A DNA stretch of 64,000 nucleotides. Origin: Candidatus Heimdallarchaeum aukensis. GTDB taxonomy: Archaea; Asgardarchaeota; Heimdallarchaeia; Heimdallarchaeales; Heimdallarchaeaceae. Below, piece by piece: positions 30,442-41,367 of this stretch. Location of the stretch: contig CP084166.1 in NCBI GenBank assembly GCA_021513695.1, positions 3,008,001-3,072,000 of the forward strand, written 5' to 3'. The notes beneath the pieces are model-generated. The model ran no database searches. It was given only the letters and a program-made list of their open reading frames with translations, and had not been told where the DNA came from. Within the stretch, counting starts at the first letter, position 1, and every line of letters starts with the position of its first letter. The position numbers and the translations under genes are program-made.

Positions 30442-31134
30442 ATGCATAAGTGCAGATATAAAAAAATTCAAATTTTGTGTTTAATTTTGAACATAATGCT
30501 AATAATTTTTGATTTAGATGGAACATTAGTTCAGAGTAATATTCTTTACTCTACAATAAAAAGTGAACTTAAAGACTTGCTAAAAAGTATAATTGGTGAA
30601 GAATTATATTCTGAATTTGTTTCAATTCCAAGGTCAATTTTAGAAATATTAACCTTTATCTCAAAACATGATAATTCTGGCTTTTACAGCAAAAAAGCAT
30701 GGGAGATAGTAGAAAAATACGAGATTAAAGGATATGAACATGCTACGATTCATGATGATGTTCTACCTACATTGAAGATTCTTAAAGAAAAGGGAGCAAC
30801 TATTGCTATTTTAACAAATAATTCAAAGAAATTAACAGACTTTGCGATGAAACAGTTTAATTTGAATAAGTACATTGATTATGTTGTAACTAGAGACGAT
30901 GTTGAAAAGGTTAAACCTGATCCTGAGGGCATTTATAAAATAATGAAAAAATTCAACAAAGATAAAGAAGAAACTCTTTTTATAGGCGACTCATGGTTAG
31001 ATGCTGAGTCTGCTTTTAATGCAGGAGTAAAGTTTGCTTACTTTGGAAAAGCAAATGAGGAGACAAGAGAAAAAAAGATACCAGCTAAAATTGAAATAAA
31101 CTCTATTAGTGAAGTCTTAAATTTAAGTTTTTGA
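30442..31134 (+). CDS. HAD-superfamily phosphatase
   Basis: IIFDLDGTLV motif I and the GDSWLD motif. Confidence 0.75.
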   Translation: MHKCRYKKIQILCLILNIMLIIFDLDGTLVQSNILYSTIKSELKDLLKSIIGEELYSEFVSIPRSILEILTFISKHDNSGFYSKKAWEIVEKYEIKGYEHATIHDDVLPTLKILKEKGATIAILTNNSKKLTDFAMKQFNLNKYIDYVVTRDDVEKVKPDPEGIYKIMKKFNKDKEETLFIGDSWLDAESAFNAGVKFAYFGKANEETREKKIPAKIEINSISEVLNLSF

Positions 31135-31183
31135 ACTTTTGACTATCCTTTTAAAAACAAATAAATAGTACTTTGAGATTAGT

Positions 31184-32992
31184 TTGTTGATTGAAATGAA
31201 ACTTAGATTAATGTTTAGAGGAATTCTAACACTTACATTTTTGTGGGGATTAGTATTCGGATTAGTTTTAGCTATTGAAGCAGTTGTATATCTTTCAACA
31301 GATGGTTCAGTTACAGCTGCAGTATTATTCACTTATCTCCCAGTTGTAATCACTCTAGGAATTGTTTTTCTGCAATTTTTACTTTCACCATTCTTTATGG
31401 ATTTGAACCTTCGTTGGTTATATAAAATGACTTGGATTAAGCCACAACAGCTTCCTCCCCATTTGGCCAAATTCATTGCTGAACAAGAAGCAAAACACGG
31501 TATATCAATCAAAAAGGTTGGAATGATTCATGACCAAAATCCCCAAGCTTTTACATATGGCCATTTCAAAAAGAATGCTCGTATAGTTCTTTCTGATGGA
31601 ATACTAAATCTTCTTACTCCAGAAGAACAAGTTGCAGTAGTTGGGCATGAACTTGGACATATTGCTCACATGGATTTCTTATTCATGACAATAGCTGCTG
31701 CTGCTCCTGTTATTCTCTACACTTTTTATGCTTTTTCAAGAGGAGTTCTAAGAACAATGCGATATACTTCTAAAAGTGGAGGAAAAGATTCAGGAAAAAC
31801 TGCTGCAGCTATAGGTCTCACAGCTTTTGTTTTTATGATTATAAGCTATTTGTTTTATATCATTAGTCAATTCTTAGTTCTCTTTTTAAGCAGAATACGT
31901 GAATACTATGCAGATAGTTTTTCCGCTGAAAACACTGAGAATCCTAAAGGTTTGTCGACAGCTTTAGTTAAAATAGCTTATGGAATGGTTCAAAGTCAAG
32001 CTGCCTATGCAGCACAAATGAATGACAAATCTGCTTCAATGAAGGGTAGAGTTAAAGCTTCTCAACGTTTTGGTTTTACAAACGCTGTTCGCAGTATGAA
32101 TATCTTTGATGTCAAAGCAGCTCAAGGTTTAGTCATGTCTGCTTATGCTCAAACAGCTACTGCTGAAATAGAACCTGAGATGGTTGTTCGTGCTGCAGCT
32201 TGGGATTTAGAAAGTCCATGGGCTACTTTTCTTGAACTTCAAAGTACACATCCACTTGCAGCTAAAAGGTTACTGGCATTGGACGACATTGCTGAAGAAA
32301 TGGGATTAAAACGCGCTTATCCAACTTTAGGAACTGATAAGATTCATGAAACTCTCTGGGATGAATTCTTAGTAGATGTATTTGTTTATTATGTTGTTCC
32401 TTCTTTATTGTTTATTCTTCCAGCATTAGGTTATCTAGTTATTATTGCTGAGATTAATCCACTTATTGGTGTAGGAGGAGGATTAGCTTTAGCTGCATTG
32501 TTGTGGTTATGGAGAATTAAAATTCGATATCCAAGAATCTCTCCTGATCTACTTCCAATTAACATTATGGATGCTGTTACAGATGTTTCCGATAATGGAT
32601 ATGCCGAGGCATCACCCGTCAGAGGAAAACCAATTAAACTTGAAGGTTTAATAATCGGAAGAGGACAAGCAGGTTACTACTTCAGTGAAGATATGGTTCT
32701 ACAAGATTCAACAGGAATTATTACTTTAGATTACAATCCGGTCTTCAATTTCATGAGATGGATAACAGCTTTGTTCCGTGTTGAAAAGTTGATTGGAACT
32801 AGAGTAGTAGTTTTAGGTTGGTACAGACGTTCACCAAAGCCATATGTGATGATAAAAAAGATGATCAAACCTGATGGAAGATCGATAGGTAGCAATTGGG
32901 ATATAGCTAACTGGATGCTTGTTTTTGCTCTCCTTATAGGTGCAGTAATTTTTGCAGTTTTTGGTTTTGGAATGCCAGTTTTAGGTTTATGA
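31184..32992 (+). CDS. Membrane-embedded M48-family zinc metalloprotease (HtpX/Ste24-like) with an extended C-terminal region
   Basis: HELGHIAH (HExxH) between TM helices, a downstream glutamate motif (YYADSF), and multiple TM segments. Confidence 0.65.
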   Translation: MLIEMKLRLMFRGILTLTFLWGLVFGLVLAIEAVVYLSTDGSVTAAVLFTYLPVVITLGIVFLQFLLSPFFMDLNLRWLYKMTWIKPQQLPPHLAKFIAEQEAKHGISIKKVGMIHDQNPQAFTYGHFKKNARIVLSDGILNLLTPEEQVAVVGHELGHIAHMDFLFMTIAAAAPVILYTFYAFSRGVLRTMRYTSKSGGKDSGKTAAAIGLTAFVFMIISYLFYIISQFLVLFLSRIREYYADSFSAENTENPKGLSTALVKIAYGMVQSQAAYAAQMNDKSASMKGRVKASQRFGFTNAVRSMNIFDVKAAQGLVMSAYAQTATAEIEPEMVVRAAAWDLESPWATFLELQSTHPLAAKRLLALDDIAEEMGLKRAYPTLGTDKIHETLWDEFLVDVFVYYVVPSLLFILPALGYLVIIAEINPLIGVGGGLALAALLWLWRIKIRYPRISPDLLPINIMDAVTDVSDNGYAEASPVRGKPIKLEGLIIGRGQAGYYFSEDMVLQDSTGIITLDYNPVFNFMRWITALFRVEKLIGTRVVVLGWYRRSPKPYVMIKKMIKPDGRSIGSNWDIANWMLVFALLIGAVIFAVFGFGMPVLGL

Positions 32993-33122
32993 ATAATATA
33001 ATCCTCTTTTTTTTTATTTTCTTTTTTTTGAAGTTTTTAAAGAATAATCAAATTAAGTTAGCACAAATAACAGCAAAGTTAAATATGACTACCTTTGAGA
33101 ATAAAGTAAGATTGGTGAGATT

Positions 33123-34079
33123 ATGTCTGAGGATGAACAAAAAACTCAAGTTGAAGAAGAGAAAACTGAGGTAAAAGAAGAAAAAGAAGAAACTCCCTTG
33201 GAAATGTACCAAAAAGCTGGAAAAGTAGCTCACGAAATTCTTCAAACACTTAAAGATATGGCTAAACCCGGAGTTAAAGCTCTAGATTTAAGTGAAAAAG
33301 CAGATGCAATGATAGCTGAAGCAGGAATGAAACCTGCATTTCCTCTAAATATAGCAATAAACAATCATGCTGCTCATTACACTTGTCCTTGGGAAGATGA
33401 TTTGATTCTTCAAGAGGGAGATGTAGTAAAAATTGATGTTGGTGTTCATTATAAAGGTTTTATTGCAGATACAGCTTTAACTGTTGCTTTTGATGATGTC
33501 CATAATGATTTAATTAAAGCAAGTAAAGAAGCAACTGAAACAGCCGTAAAAGTTATACGTGTAGGAAATTATACTGGTAAATTAGGAGATCTAATTGAAA
33601 ATATTATTGAAGGATACGGCTTCTCAACAGTAAAAGACTTGTCAGGCCATTTGCTTATGCCTTATCTTGTTCATGGTCCAAAAACTATTCCAAATGTAAG
33701 TGGAAGAAAAGGTAACTTGATTTTACAAGATGAAGCTTATGCTATTGAAACCTTCGCAACAACAGGTGCAGGAGAATCAAAACCAGATAAAACAAAGTTA
33801 TATATTGTAAGGTTAGCAGAAGGAAGATTTCCACTAAGAACAAGAGCTGCAAAAGATGTTAGAAATCTTCTAGATAGAGAATATCATAGAATGCCTGTAG
33901 CAACAAGATGGATATATAAGGCCCTTGGTCCTGCTAAGGCAAAAATGGGTATTAGAGAATTAATTAATGTGGGAGCTTTATATCAATATCATGTGCTTTC
34001 TGATACTTCTGGATCTTTTGTATCACAGCATGAGCATACAGTTTACATGACAGAAGAAGGGCCAGTACAAACTACATAA
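33123..34079 (+). CDS. map: Methionine aminopeptidase type 2 with an acidic/Lys-rich N-terminal extension (copy 1)
   Basis: Pita-bread fold motifs (HAAHYTCP, DVGVHYKGFIADTA, SGHLL, IETFATTGAG). N-terminal MSEDEQKTQVEEEKTEVKEEKEE extension. Confidence 0.9.
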   Translation: MSEDEQKTQVEEEKTEVKEEKEETPLEMYQKAGKVAHEILQTLKDMAKPGVKALDLSEKADAMIAEAGMKPAFPLNIAINNHAAHYTCPWEDDLILQEGDVVKIDVGVHYKGFIADTALTVAFDDVHNDLIKASKEATETAVKVIRVGNYTGKLGDLIENIIEGYGFSTVKDLSGHLLMPYLVHGPKTIPNVSGRKGNLILQDEAYAIETFATTGAGESKPDKTKLYIVRLAEGRFPLRTRAAKDVRNLLDREYHRMPVATRWIYKALGPAKAKMGIRELINVGALYQYHVLSDTSGSFVSQHEHTVYMTEEGPVQTT

Positions 34080-34209
34080 TCCTTTTTTTATTTTACTGTT
34101 TATTTTTTGTTTTGAGAATAGTAATTTTGTATTTTCATTTAAAAAAATCATTTTTTAAGAACAATAAATCTTTAATATTGAAAAGTTGTAAATGAATGTG
34201 TTGATATAA

Positions 34210-35432
34210 TTGACTTTACAGACAAGTGAATTCAAATTTATAATGTATGAACCATGTTTTAATAATTACGATATTGTGTATAACGAATATATGCTGGCTT
34301 ATGAAGAATTTAAGAAACTAGGAGAAGAGATGTCAATTTTCGCGTTCTCTCTTACTTCTATGAAGGAATGCTCTATCTTATTAATGGTGACAAATTCTTT
34401 TCTCAGAAGGAATACAAAAAAGCAAATGAAAACTATGAAGAAGCACAAAAATTAATTACTCGCTCTAGAGCATCAAGAGGAATTGAAAAAGATACTATCT
34501 GGCAAGAAATGGTTAAATGGATAGCATATTGCGAATCTTATACTAATCTTTCCAAGAGTTATTTAGTCAAAGATTTCTCAGAAAAAATTGAACTATTAAA
34601 GAAAAGCAAGGCAGCAATTAAAGATTTTGTAGAAAAAAGGAAATATGATGAAAACATCATCTTGGATATCTATGCAAAAGCTAAAGAAAATTATATCAAG
34701 TACATTTATTACATAAATTTAGCTCAAAAATATGAGAAAAACACAAGAATGCAGAAAAAAATACTCCTTAAAGCGAGAAGAAAGCTACTTTTAGCTCACT
34801 TTATTCTTAATCACTATGAAGAAGAAATAGATGATTTAGACTTTAAAATTGATGAGCTAACAAAGACACACATAGTTGAAAGAGCAGAAATGTACTGGAA
34901 CAAGGGAACTTTACTAATTTCTCAAAGTGACTTTATGAGTGCACACAAATATCTTCTTCTAGCTTCTCAGTACTATGAACGAGCAAGCAAAATATGTTCA
35001 GAATTTATTGAATTAAGATTATATTTAGCTCTTAGTAAAATAACAGAAAGTAGCGGTCTTGAAGCAAAAGCTAATGAACTTTACAGAAGGCAGGACAAGC
35101 CCCTAGAAGCCAGTAAACTGTTTGAAGAAGCATATGAAGTTGTAGACGAATCCCTCGGTTTACTAGCTACAATTCACAATGAAGTGTTAATAAACAATAT
35201 GACTGCACAAAGATCTTATTATGAAGCTTTAGCACTCGAAGCAAAAGGTATATCCCTCTTTGACGAAGAGAAATATAAAGAATCTATAGAAATTTTTGAA
35301 CAATCAATGCAAAAATTAGAAGAAACAGAACGCTTAGTAGTCGAAGGTAGTTCAGAGCATTTACAAGAGTACATTCGCTTAGCTAAGAATGAGATTGAAG
35401 GTTATTTATCTATGGCAAAAACTATGCTTTAG
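34210..35432 (+). pseudogene. Frameshifted copy of the 407-aa alpha-helical (TPR-like) protein gene. It is split into 81-aa and 354-aa ORFs by a 1-nt deletion near 34330
   Basis: Copy 2 (39065-40288) reads ggagaagagaatgtc. Copy 1 reads ggagaagagatgtc, which shifts the frame. Confidence 0.55.
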
Positions 35433-35490
35433 TATCAAATTTTTCTTCAATCAATAATCTTTATTTATCACAATATAAACAATAAATGCA

Positions 35491-36186
35491 ATGCTGTTTG
35501 ACGATTTTGAAATAAAGGAGTACTTGGAAAATTTTTTCTCAAAGAATCTATCTGCCAAAGATTATCCTGAACCCGACACTGATCTCGATCATAAATTAGT
35601 TTGGAATTACAGTGAAAATGGAGATGCTTTTTCAGTACTTCTTGATCCAATAAATGATGCTTACGAATACTTTGGAGTTACTGTAGGTGAGATATTTGCT
35701 CACCATCGATTCAAACCAATTGTTTGGCACTTGTATCTTTTTGGCAATAAAATAAAGAGCTTTGAATGGATTAAATTAAAAGATGGAACTGATTATCTTA
35801 TTAATGTTGGGACTTACTCTTTTATTTCTTATATCTACGATTTTAAAAGTGGGAAAAGGTTATACAGAAACCCAATAGAAGAGATAAAATCTCAAATATA
35901 TTCACTTAACCTCAAGTATGATATATCTGTAAATGATGTAAATGAATTTGTAGAATATTCTTTTATTGAAGACTACAGGTGGGGAGAAGTTTCGAGAAAC
36001 GCTATAATAGCTCTTATACTAGATAATTTCAATAAAGATAAAATAAATGTTAATGTTCTAGGATTAATTAATCGTGTTTTACACGAATATTCTAATTACG
36101 AATCAGACAAACAACTACTAGAAAGAGTGAAAAAAGGAGAATCACCTTTTGAACTAGGGACTATCTTTTATAACGATTTTATATAA
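35491..36186 (+). CDS. Hypothetical protein (231 aa), copy 1
   Basis: An ORF identical to 40347-41042. Confidence 0.45.
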   Translation: MLFDDFEIKEYLENFFSKNLSAKDYPEPDTDLDHKLVWNYSENGDAFSVLLDPINDAYEYFGVTVGEIFAHHRFKPIVWHLYLFGNKIKSFEWIKLKDGTDYLINVGTYSFISYIYDFKSGKRLYRNPIEEIKSQIYSLNLKYDISVNDVNEFVEYSFIEDYRWGEVSRNAIIALILDNFNKDKINVNVLGLINRVLHEYSNYESDKQLLERVKKGESPFELGTIFYNDFI

Positions 36187-36199
36187 AAAGAGAAAAAAT

Positions 36200-36499
36200 T
36201 TAACTCATTTTAAATTCTACACCGAATCCTCCATGAGGATAGTGCCAATCAACACTTCCGTGAGGACAAACAAGCCTACATGTTCCACATTCAACACAAG
36301 GTGCATAATCAAACGTTACAGGTACATCTCCATCTTCAACTAGTTTATAACATTCTGCAGGGCAACCATATACACAGTCATATGTCTTACATTTAGTTTT
36401 GCATATCTCCTCGTTTATGGTAATGTGAGCAAAATTTTTGTCTGTAACATACTTTGTTAATGCAAGTTTTTCTTCAATTTTTATTGGATTTTCTACCAT
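36200..36499 (-). CDS. fixX: Ferredoxin-like protein FixX (copy 1)
   Basis: CVECGTCRLVCPHGSV 4Fe-4S-like motif, ~99 aa, immediately downstream of fixC. Confidence 0.8.
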   Translation of the reverse strand: MVENPIKIEEKLALTKYVTDKNFAHITINEEICKTKCKTYDCVYGCPAECYKLVEDGDVPVTFDYAPCVECGTCRLVCPHGSVDWHYPHGGFGVEFKMS

Positions 36500-36511
36500 T
36501 CTTTTCTCCTC

Positions 36512-37825
36512 CTAAATAGATCTTAAAGCAGCAAAAGCATCTCCCATGAGCTTAAACAGCTTACCTTTCTTTAGGAAGTGCTTAATAGCTGTAGGAACAA
36601 TTCTTTTTCTAGGCTCTCCAGTGTTGTGTAAAAGTTGATACATCAAAGAATTAAGCAGTTCTGGATAAACATTGAAAATTCTCTCTCTCTCCAAGAACTT
36701 TGCAGCTCGTTTAAATCTCTTCAAATCTTGCAAAACAAAACTATCTCGCAATAATTTCAAATAAATCTTTGTTCCTTCTGCAGAATAATCATTTGTTGTT
36801 AAAGCTTCTTTTGCTGCTAACCCTGCTAGTCTTCCAGACTCTAAAGCAAAATTCATACCTTCTATGTACAAACCTGCGTTAAGAACCATACCAGCAGCAT
36901 CACCAGCAATCATCACACCGTTCCCATATAACTTAGGCATGTGTTTGTATCCCCCTTCAGGAATAGCGTGAGCAGAGTATTCAACCATTTTAGCATCTTT
37001 AAGGAGCTTTTGGATGTAGGGGTGTTTCTTAAAATCTTCAAAAGCATCAATCGCTCTGATCTTTTTTTGTATAAGTTTTTTCATGTTTAAGATCAATCCA
37101 AAAGAAAGTGTTTCTTTATTTGTATAGAAGAATCCTCCTCCTGGAATTCCATGAGTATAACCTAGAAACTCGTTACTTATTCCTTCATTTCCATTAAGAT
37201 GAAATCTCTCTTCAATTATTTCTTTCTTTAATTCATATGTTTCTTTCATTCCTACAGCGTAGTGTGAAGGTGAAGGCTTTTTAGCAAGTTTAGCTTTTTC
37301 TGCTAATAAAGTAACAGCTCCTTCAGCAATTATAGTGAGTTTAGCTTTTAATTCATCTTCTCCAGATTCTATTCCTATAATTTGATTATCCTTCCAAATG
37401 AAATCTTCAGCTACAGTGTTGTCGAGAATAAAAGCTCCTGCTTCTTCTGCTTTTTGGGCCAACCATCTGTCAAATTTTGGACGAATAACAGTTACACCAT
37501 TGTAAGGTGGTTCGGCAAAATCTTGTAAATCAATATCAATAGTCATTGCTCGCTTTTCAGACAAAAGAGTAATCTTTTTAGTTGTTAAATATCTCTCAAT
37601 AGCATCTTCTTCCCAATAGTTAGGAACGATTTTATTTAGTACTGGGCCGTAAAGAGCTCCTCCACTTACATTTTTTGCACCAGGATACTGTCCTCTTTCA
37701 ATAATAGCAACCTCTTTTCCTTCCTTTGCTAAAGTTAATGCTGCAGAAGAACCAGCTAGTCCAGCTCCAACTATAATTACATCAAAATCGTATTCTACAG
37801 TCATAAAAAAATGTTTGATTTTCAA
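36512..37825 (-). CDS. fixC: FAD-dependent oxidoreductase FixC (ETF-quinone oxidoreductase-like), copy 1
   Basis: DVIIVGAGLAGSSAAL Rossmann motif; ~437 aa, FixC-like. Confidence 0.85.
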   Translation of the reverse strand: MKIKHFFMTVEYDFDVIIVGAGLAGSSAALTLAKEGKEVAIIERGQYPGAKNVSGGALYGPVLNKIVPNYWEEDAIERYLTTKKITLLSEKRAMTIDIDLQDFAEPPYNGVTVIRPKFDRWLAQKAEEAGAFILDNTVAEDFIWKDNQIIGIESGEDELKAKLTIIAEGAVTLLAEKAKLAKKPSPSHYAVGMKETYELKKEIIEERFHLNGNEGISNEFLGYTHGIPGGGFFYTNKETLSFGLILNMKKLIQKKIRAIDAFEDFKKHPYIQKLLKDAKMVEYSAHAIPEGGYKHMPKLYGNGVMIAGDAAGMVLNAGLYIEGMNFALESGRLAGLAAKEALTTNDYSAEGTKIYLKLLRDSFVLQDLKRFKRAAKFLERERIFNVYPELLNSLMYQLLHNTGEPRKRIVPTAIKHFLKKGKLFKLMGDAFAALRSI

Positions 37826-37977
37826 TATAAAATGTTTATGTGAAAATATAAAAAAGAAAATAGAAAAGAATGAAAAATTATTTTATCTTTTTTAAAGAAT
37901 AATCAAATTAAGTTAGCACAAATAACAGCAAAGTTAAATATGACTACCTTTGAGAATAAAGTAAGATTGGTGAGATT

Positions 37978-38934
37978 ATGTCTGAGGATGAACAAAAAAC
38001 TCAAGTTGAAGAAGAGAAAACTGAGGTAAAAGAAGAAAAAGAAGAAACTCCCTTGGAAATGTACCAAAAAGCTGGAAAAGTAGCTCACGAAATTCTTCAA
38101 ACACTTAAAGATATGGCTAAACCCGGAGTTAAAGCTCTAGATTTAAGTGAAAAAGCAGATGCAATGATAGCTGAAGCAGGAATGAAACCTGCATTTCCTC
38201 TAAATATAGCAATAAACAATCATGCTGCTCATTACACTTGTCCTTGGGAAGATGATTTGATTCTTCAAGAGGGAGATGTAGTAAAAATTGATGTTGGTGT
38301 TCATTATAAAGGTTTTATTGCAGATACAGCTTTAACTGTTGCTTTTGATGATGTCCATAATGATTTAATTAAAGCAAGTAAAGAAGCAACTGAAACAGCC
38401 GTAAAAGTTATACGTGTAGGAAATTATACTGGTAAATTAGGAGATCTAATTGAAAATATTATTGAAGGATACGGCTTCTCAACAGTAAAAGACTTGTCAG
38501 GCCATTTGCTTATGCCTTATCTTGTTCATGGTCCAAAAACTATTCCAAATGTAAGTGGAAGAAAAGGTAACTTGATTTTACAAGATGAAGCTTATGCTAT
38601 TGAAACCTTCGCAACAACAGGTGCAGGAGAATCAAAACCAGATAAAACAAAGTTATATATTGTAAGGTTAGCAGAAGGAAGATTTCCACTAAGAACAAGA
38701 GCTGCAAAAGATGTTAGAAATCTTCTAGATAGAGAATATCATAGAATGCCTGTAGCAACAAGATGGATATATAAGGCCCTTGGTCCTGCTAAGGCAAAAA
38801 TGGGTATTAGAGAATTAATTAATGTGGGAGCTTTATATCAATATCATGTGCTTTCTGATACTTCTGGATCTTTTGTATCACAGCATGAGCATACAGTTTA
38901 CATGACAGAAGAAGGGCCAGTACAAACTACATAA
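37978..38934 (+). CDS. map: Methionine aminopeptidase type 2 (copy 2)
   Basis: Identical to 33123-34079. Confidence 0.9.
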   Translation: MSEDEQKTQVEEEKTEVKEEKEETPLEMYQKAGKVAHEILQTLKDMAKPGVKALDLSEKADAMIAEAGMKPAFPLNIAINNHAAHYTCPWEDDLILQEGDVVKIDVGVHYKGFIADTALTVAFDDVHNDLIKASKEATETAVKVIRVGNYTGKLGDLIENIIEGYGFSTVKDLSGHLLMPYLVHGPKTIPNVSGRKGNLILQDEAYAIETFATTGAGESKPDKTKLYIVRLAEGRFPLRTRAAKDVRNLLDREYHRMPVATRWIYKALGPAKAKMGIRELINVGALYQYHVLSDTSGSFVSQHEHTVYMTEEGPVQTT

Positions 38935-39064
38935 TCCTTTTTTTATTTTACTGTTTATTTTTTGTTTTGAGAATAGTAATTTTGTATTTTCATTTAAAAA
39001 AATCATTTTTTAAGAACAATAAATCTTTAATATTGAAAAGTTGTAAATGAATGTGTTGATATAA

Positions 39065-40288
39065 TTGACTTTACAGACAAGTGAATTCAAATTTATAATG
39101 TATGAACCATGTTTTAATAATTACGATATTGTGTATAACGAATATATGCTGGCTTATGAAGAATTTAAGAAACTAGGAGAAGAGAATGTCAATTTTCGCG
39201 TTCTCTCTTACTTCTATGAAGGAATGCTCTATCTTATTAATGGTGACAAATTCTTTTCTCAGAAGGAATACAAAAAAGCAAATGAAAACTATGAAGAAGC
39301 ACAAAAATTAATTACTCGCTCTAGAGCATCAAGAGGAATTGAAAAAGATACTATCTGGCAAGAAATGGTTAAATGGATAGCATATTGCGAATCTTATACT
39401 AATCTTTCCAAGAGTTATTTAGTCAAAGATTTCTCAGAAAAAATTGAACTATTAAAGAAAAGCAAGGCAGCAATTAAAGATTTTGTAGAAAAAAGGAAAT
39501 ATGATGAAAACATCATCTTGGATATCTATGCAAAAGCTAAAGAAAATTATATCAAGTACATTTATTACATAAATTTAGCTCAAAAATATGAGAAAAACAC
39601 AAGAATGCAGAAAAAAATACTCCTTAAAGCGAGAAGAAAGCTACTTTTAGCTCACTTTATTCTTAATCACTATGAAGAAGAAATAGATGATTTAGACTTT
39701 AAAATTGATGAGCTAACAAAGACACACATAGTTGAAAGAGCAGAAATGTACTGGAACAAGGGAACTTTACTAATTTCTCAAAGTGACTTTATGAGTGCAC
39801 ACAAATATCTTCTTCTAGCTTCTCAGTACTATGAACGAGCAAGCAAAATATGTTCAGAATTTATTGAATTAAGATTATATTTAGCTCTTAGTAAAATAAC
39901 AGAAAGTAGCGGTCTTGAAGCAAAAGCTAATGAACTTTACAGAAGGCAGGACAAGCCCCTAGAAGCCAGTAAACTGTTTGAAGAAGCATATGAAGTTGTA
40001 GACGAATCCCTCGGTTTACTAGCTACAATTCACAATGAAGTGTTAATAAACAATATGACTGCACAAAGATCTTATTATGAAGCTTTAGCACTCGAAGCAA
40101 AAGGTATATCCCTCTTTGACGAAGAGAAATATAAAGAATCTATAGAAATTTTTGAACAATCAATGCAAAAATTAGAAGAAACAGAACGCTTAGTAGTCGA
40201 AGGTAGTTCAGAGCATTTACAAGAGTACATTCGCTTAGCTAAGAATGAGATTGAAGGTTATTTATCTATGGCAAAAACTATGCTTTAG
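39065..40288 (+). CDS. Alpha-helical repeat (TPR-like) protein, 407 aa, intact copy
   Basis: Uninterrupted ORF; all-helical and Lys/Glu-rich. No family recognised. Confidence 0.5.
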   Translation: MTLQTSEFKFIMYEPCFNNYDIVYNEYMLAYEEFKKLGEENVNFRVLSYFYEGMLYLINGDKFFSQKEYKKANENYEEAQKLITRSRASRGIEKDTIWQEMVKWIAYCESYTNLSKSYLVKDFSEKIELLKKSKAAIKDFVEKRKYDENIILDIYAKAKENYIKYIYYINLAQKYEKNTRMQKKILLKARRKLLLAHFILNHYEEEIDDLDFKIDELTKTHIVERAEMYWNKGTLLISQSDFMSAHKYLLLASQYYERASKICSEFIELRLYLALSKITESSGLEAKANELYRRQDKPLEASKLFEEAYEVVDESLGLLATIHNEVLINNMTAQRSYYEALALEAKGISLFDEEKYKESIEIFEQSMQKLEETERLVVEGSSEHLQEYIRLAKNEIEGYLSMAKTML

Positions 40289-40346
40289 TATCAAATTTTT
40301 CTTCAATCAATAATCTTTATTTATCACAATATAAACAATAAATGCA

Positions 40347-41042
40347 ATGCTGTTTGACGATTTTGAAATAAAGGAGTACTTGGAAAATTTTTTCTCAAAG
40401 AATCTATCTGCCAAAGATTATCCTGAACCCGACACTGATCTCGATCATAAATTAGTTTGGAATTACAGTGAAAATGGAGATGCTTTTTCAGTACTTCTTG
40501 ATCCAATAAATGATGCTTACGAATACTTTGGAGTTACTGTAGGTGAGATATTTGCTCACCATCGATTCAAACCAATTGTTTGGCACTTGTATCTTTTTGG
40601 CAATAAAATAAAGAGCTTTGAATGGATTAAATTAAAAGATGGAACTGATTATCTTATTAATGTTGGGACTTACTCTTTTATTTCTTATATCTACGATTTT
40701 AAAAGTGGGAAAAGGTTATACAGAAACCCAATAGAAGAGATAAAATCTCAAATATATTCACTTAACCTCAAGTATGATATATCTGTAAATGATGTAAATG
40801 AATTTGTAGAATATTCTTTTATTGAAGACTACAGGTGGGGAGAAGTTTCGAGAAACGCTATAATAGCTCTTATACTAGATAATTTCAATAAAGATAAAAT
40901 AAATGTTAATGTTCTAGGATTAATTAATCGTGTTTTACACGAATATTCTAATTACGAATCAGACAAACAACTACTAGAAAGAGTGAAAAAAGGAGAATCA
41001 CCTTTTGAACTAGGGACTATCTTTTATAACGATTTTATATAA
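40347..41042 (+). CDS. Hypothetical protein (231 aa), copy 2
   Basis: Identical to copy 1. Confidence 0.45.
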   Translation: MLFDDFEIKEYLENFFSKNLSAKDYPEPDTDLDHKLVWNYSENGDAFSVLLDPINDAYEYFGVTVGEIFAHHRFKPIVWHLYLFGNKIKSFEWIKLKDGTDYLINVGTYSFISYIYDFKSGKRLYRNPIEEIKSQIYSLNLKYDISVNDVNEFVEYSFIEDYRWGEVSRNAIIALILDNFNKDKINVNVLGLINRVLHEYSNYESDKQLLERVKKGESPFELGTIFYNDFI

Positions 41043-41055
41043 AAAGAGAAAAAAT

Positions 41056-41355
41056 TTAACTCATTTTAAATTCTACACCGAATCCTCCATGAGGATAGTG
41101 CCAATCAACACTTCCGTGAGGACAAACAAGCCTACATGTTCCACATTCAACACAAGGTGCATAATCAAACGTTACAGGTACATCTCCATCTTCAACTAGT
41201 TTATAACATTCTGCAGGGCAACCATATACACAGTCATATGTCTTACATTTAGTTTTGCATATCTCCTCGTTTATGGTAATGTGAGCAAAATTTTTGTCTG
41301 TAACATACTTTGTTAATGCAAGTTTTTCTTCAATTTTTATTGGATTTTCTACCAT
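41056..41355 (-). CDS. fixX: Ferredoxin-like protein FixX (copy 2)
   Basis: Identical to copy 1. Adjacent to fixC and fixB. Confidence 0.8.
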   Translation of the reverse strand: MVENPIKIEEKLALTKYVTDKNFAHITINEEICKTKCKTYDCVYGCPAECYKLVEDGDVPVTFDYAPCVECGTCRLVCPHGSVDWHYPHGGFGVEFKMS

Positions 41356-41367
41356 TCTTTTCTCCTC

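Larger units (their letters stand above)
33034..37888. repeat. Tandem direct duplication, copy 1 (~4855 bp)
   Basis: Collinear and essentially identical to 37889-42747. All paired ORF translations are identical except for one 1-nt indel. Confidence 0.9.

Noticed and set aside
33048-33245. 65-aa Phe-rich ORF (identical copy at 37903-38100)
   Set aside because: It lies antisense to the Glu/Lys-rich 5' end of metAP2, so poly-GAA reads as poly-TTC. The low-complexity translation is a mirror artefact.
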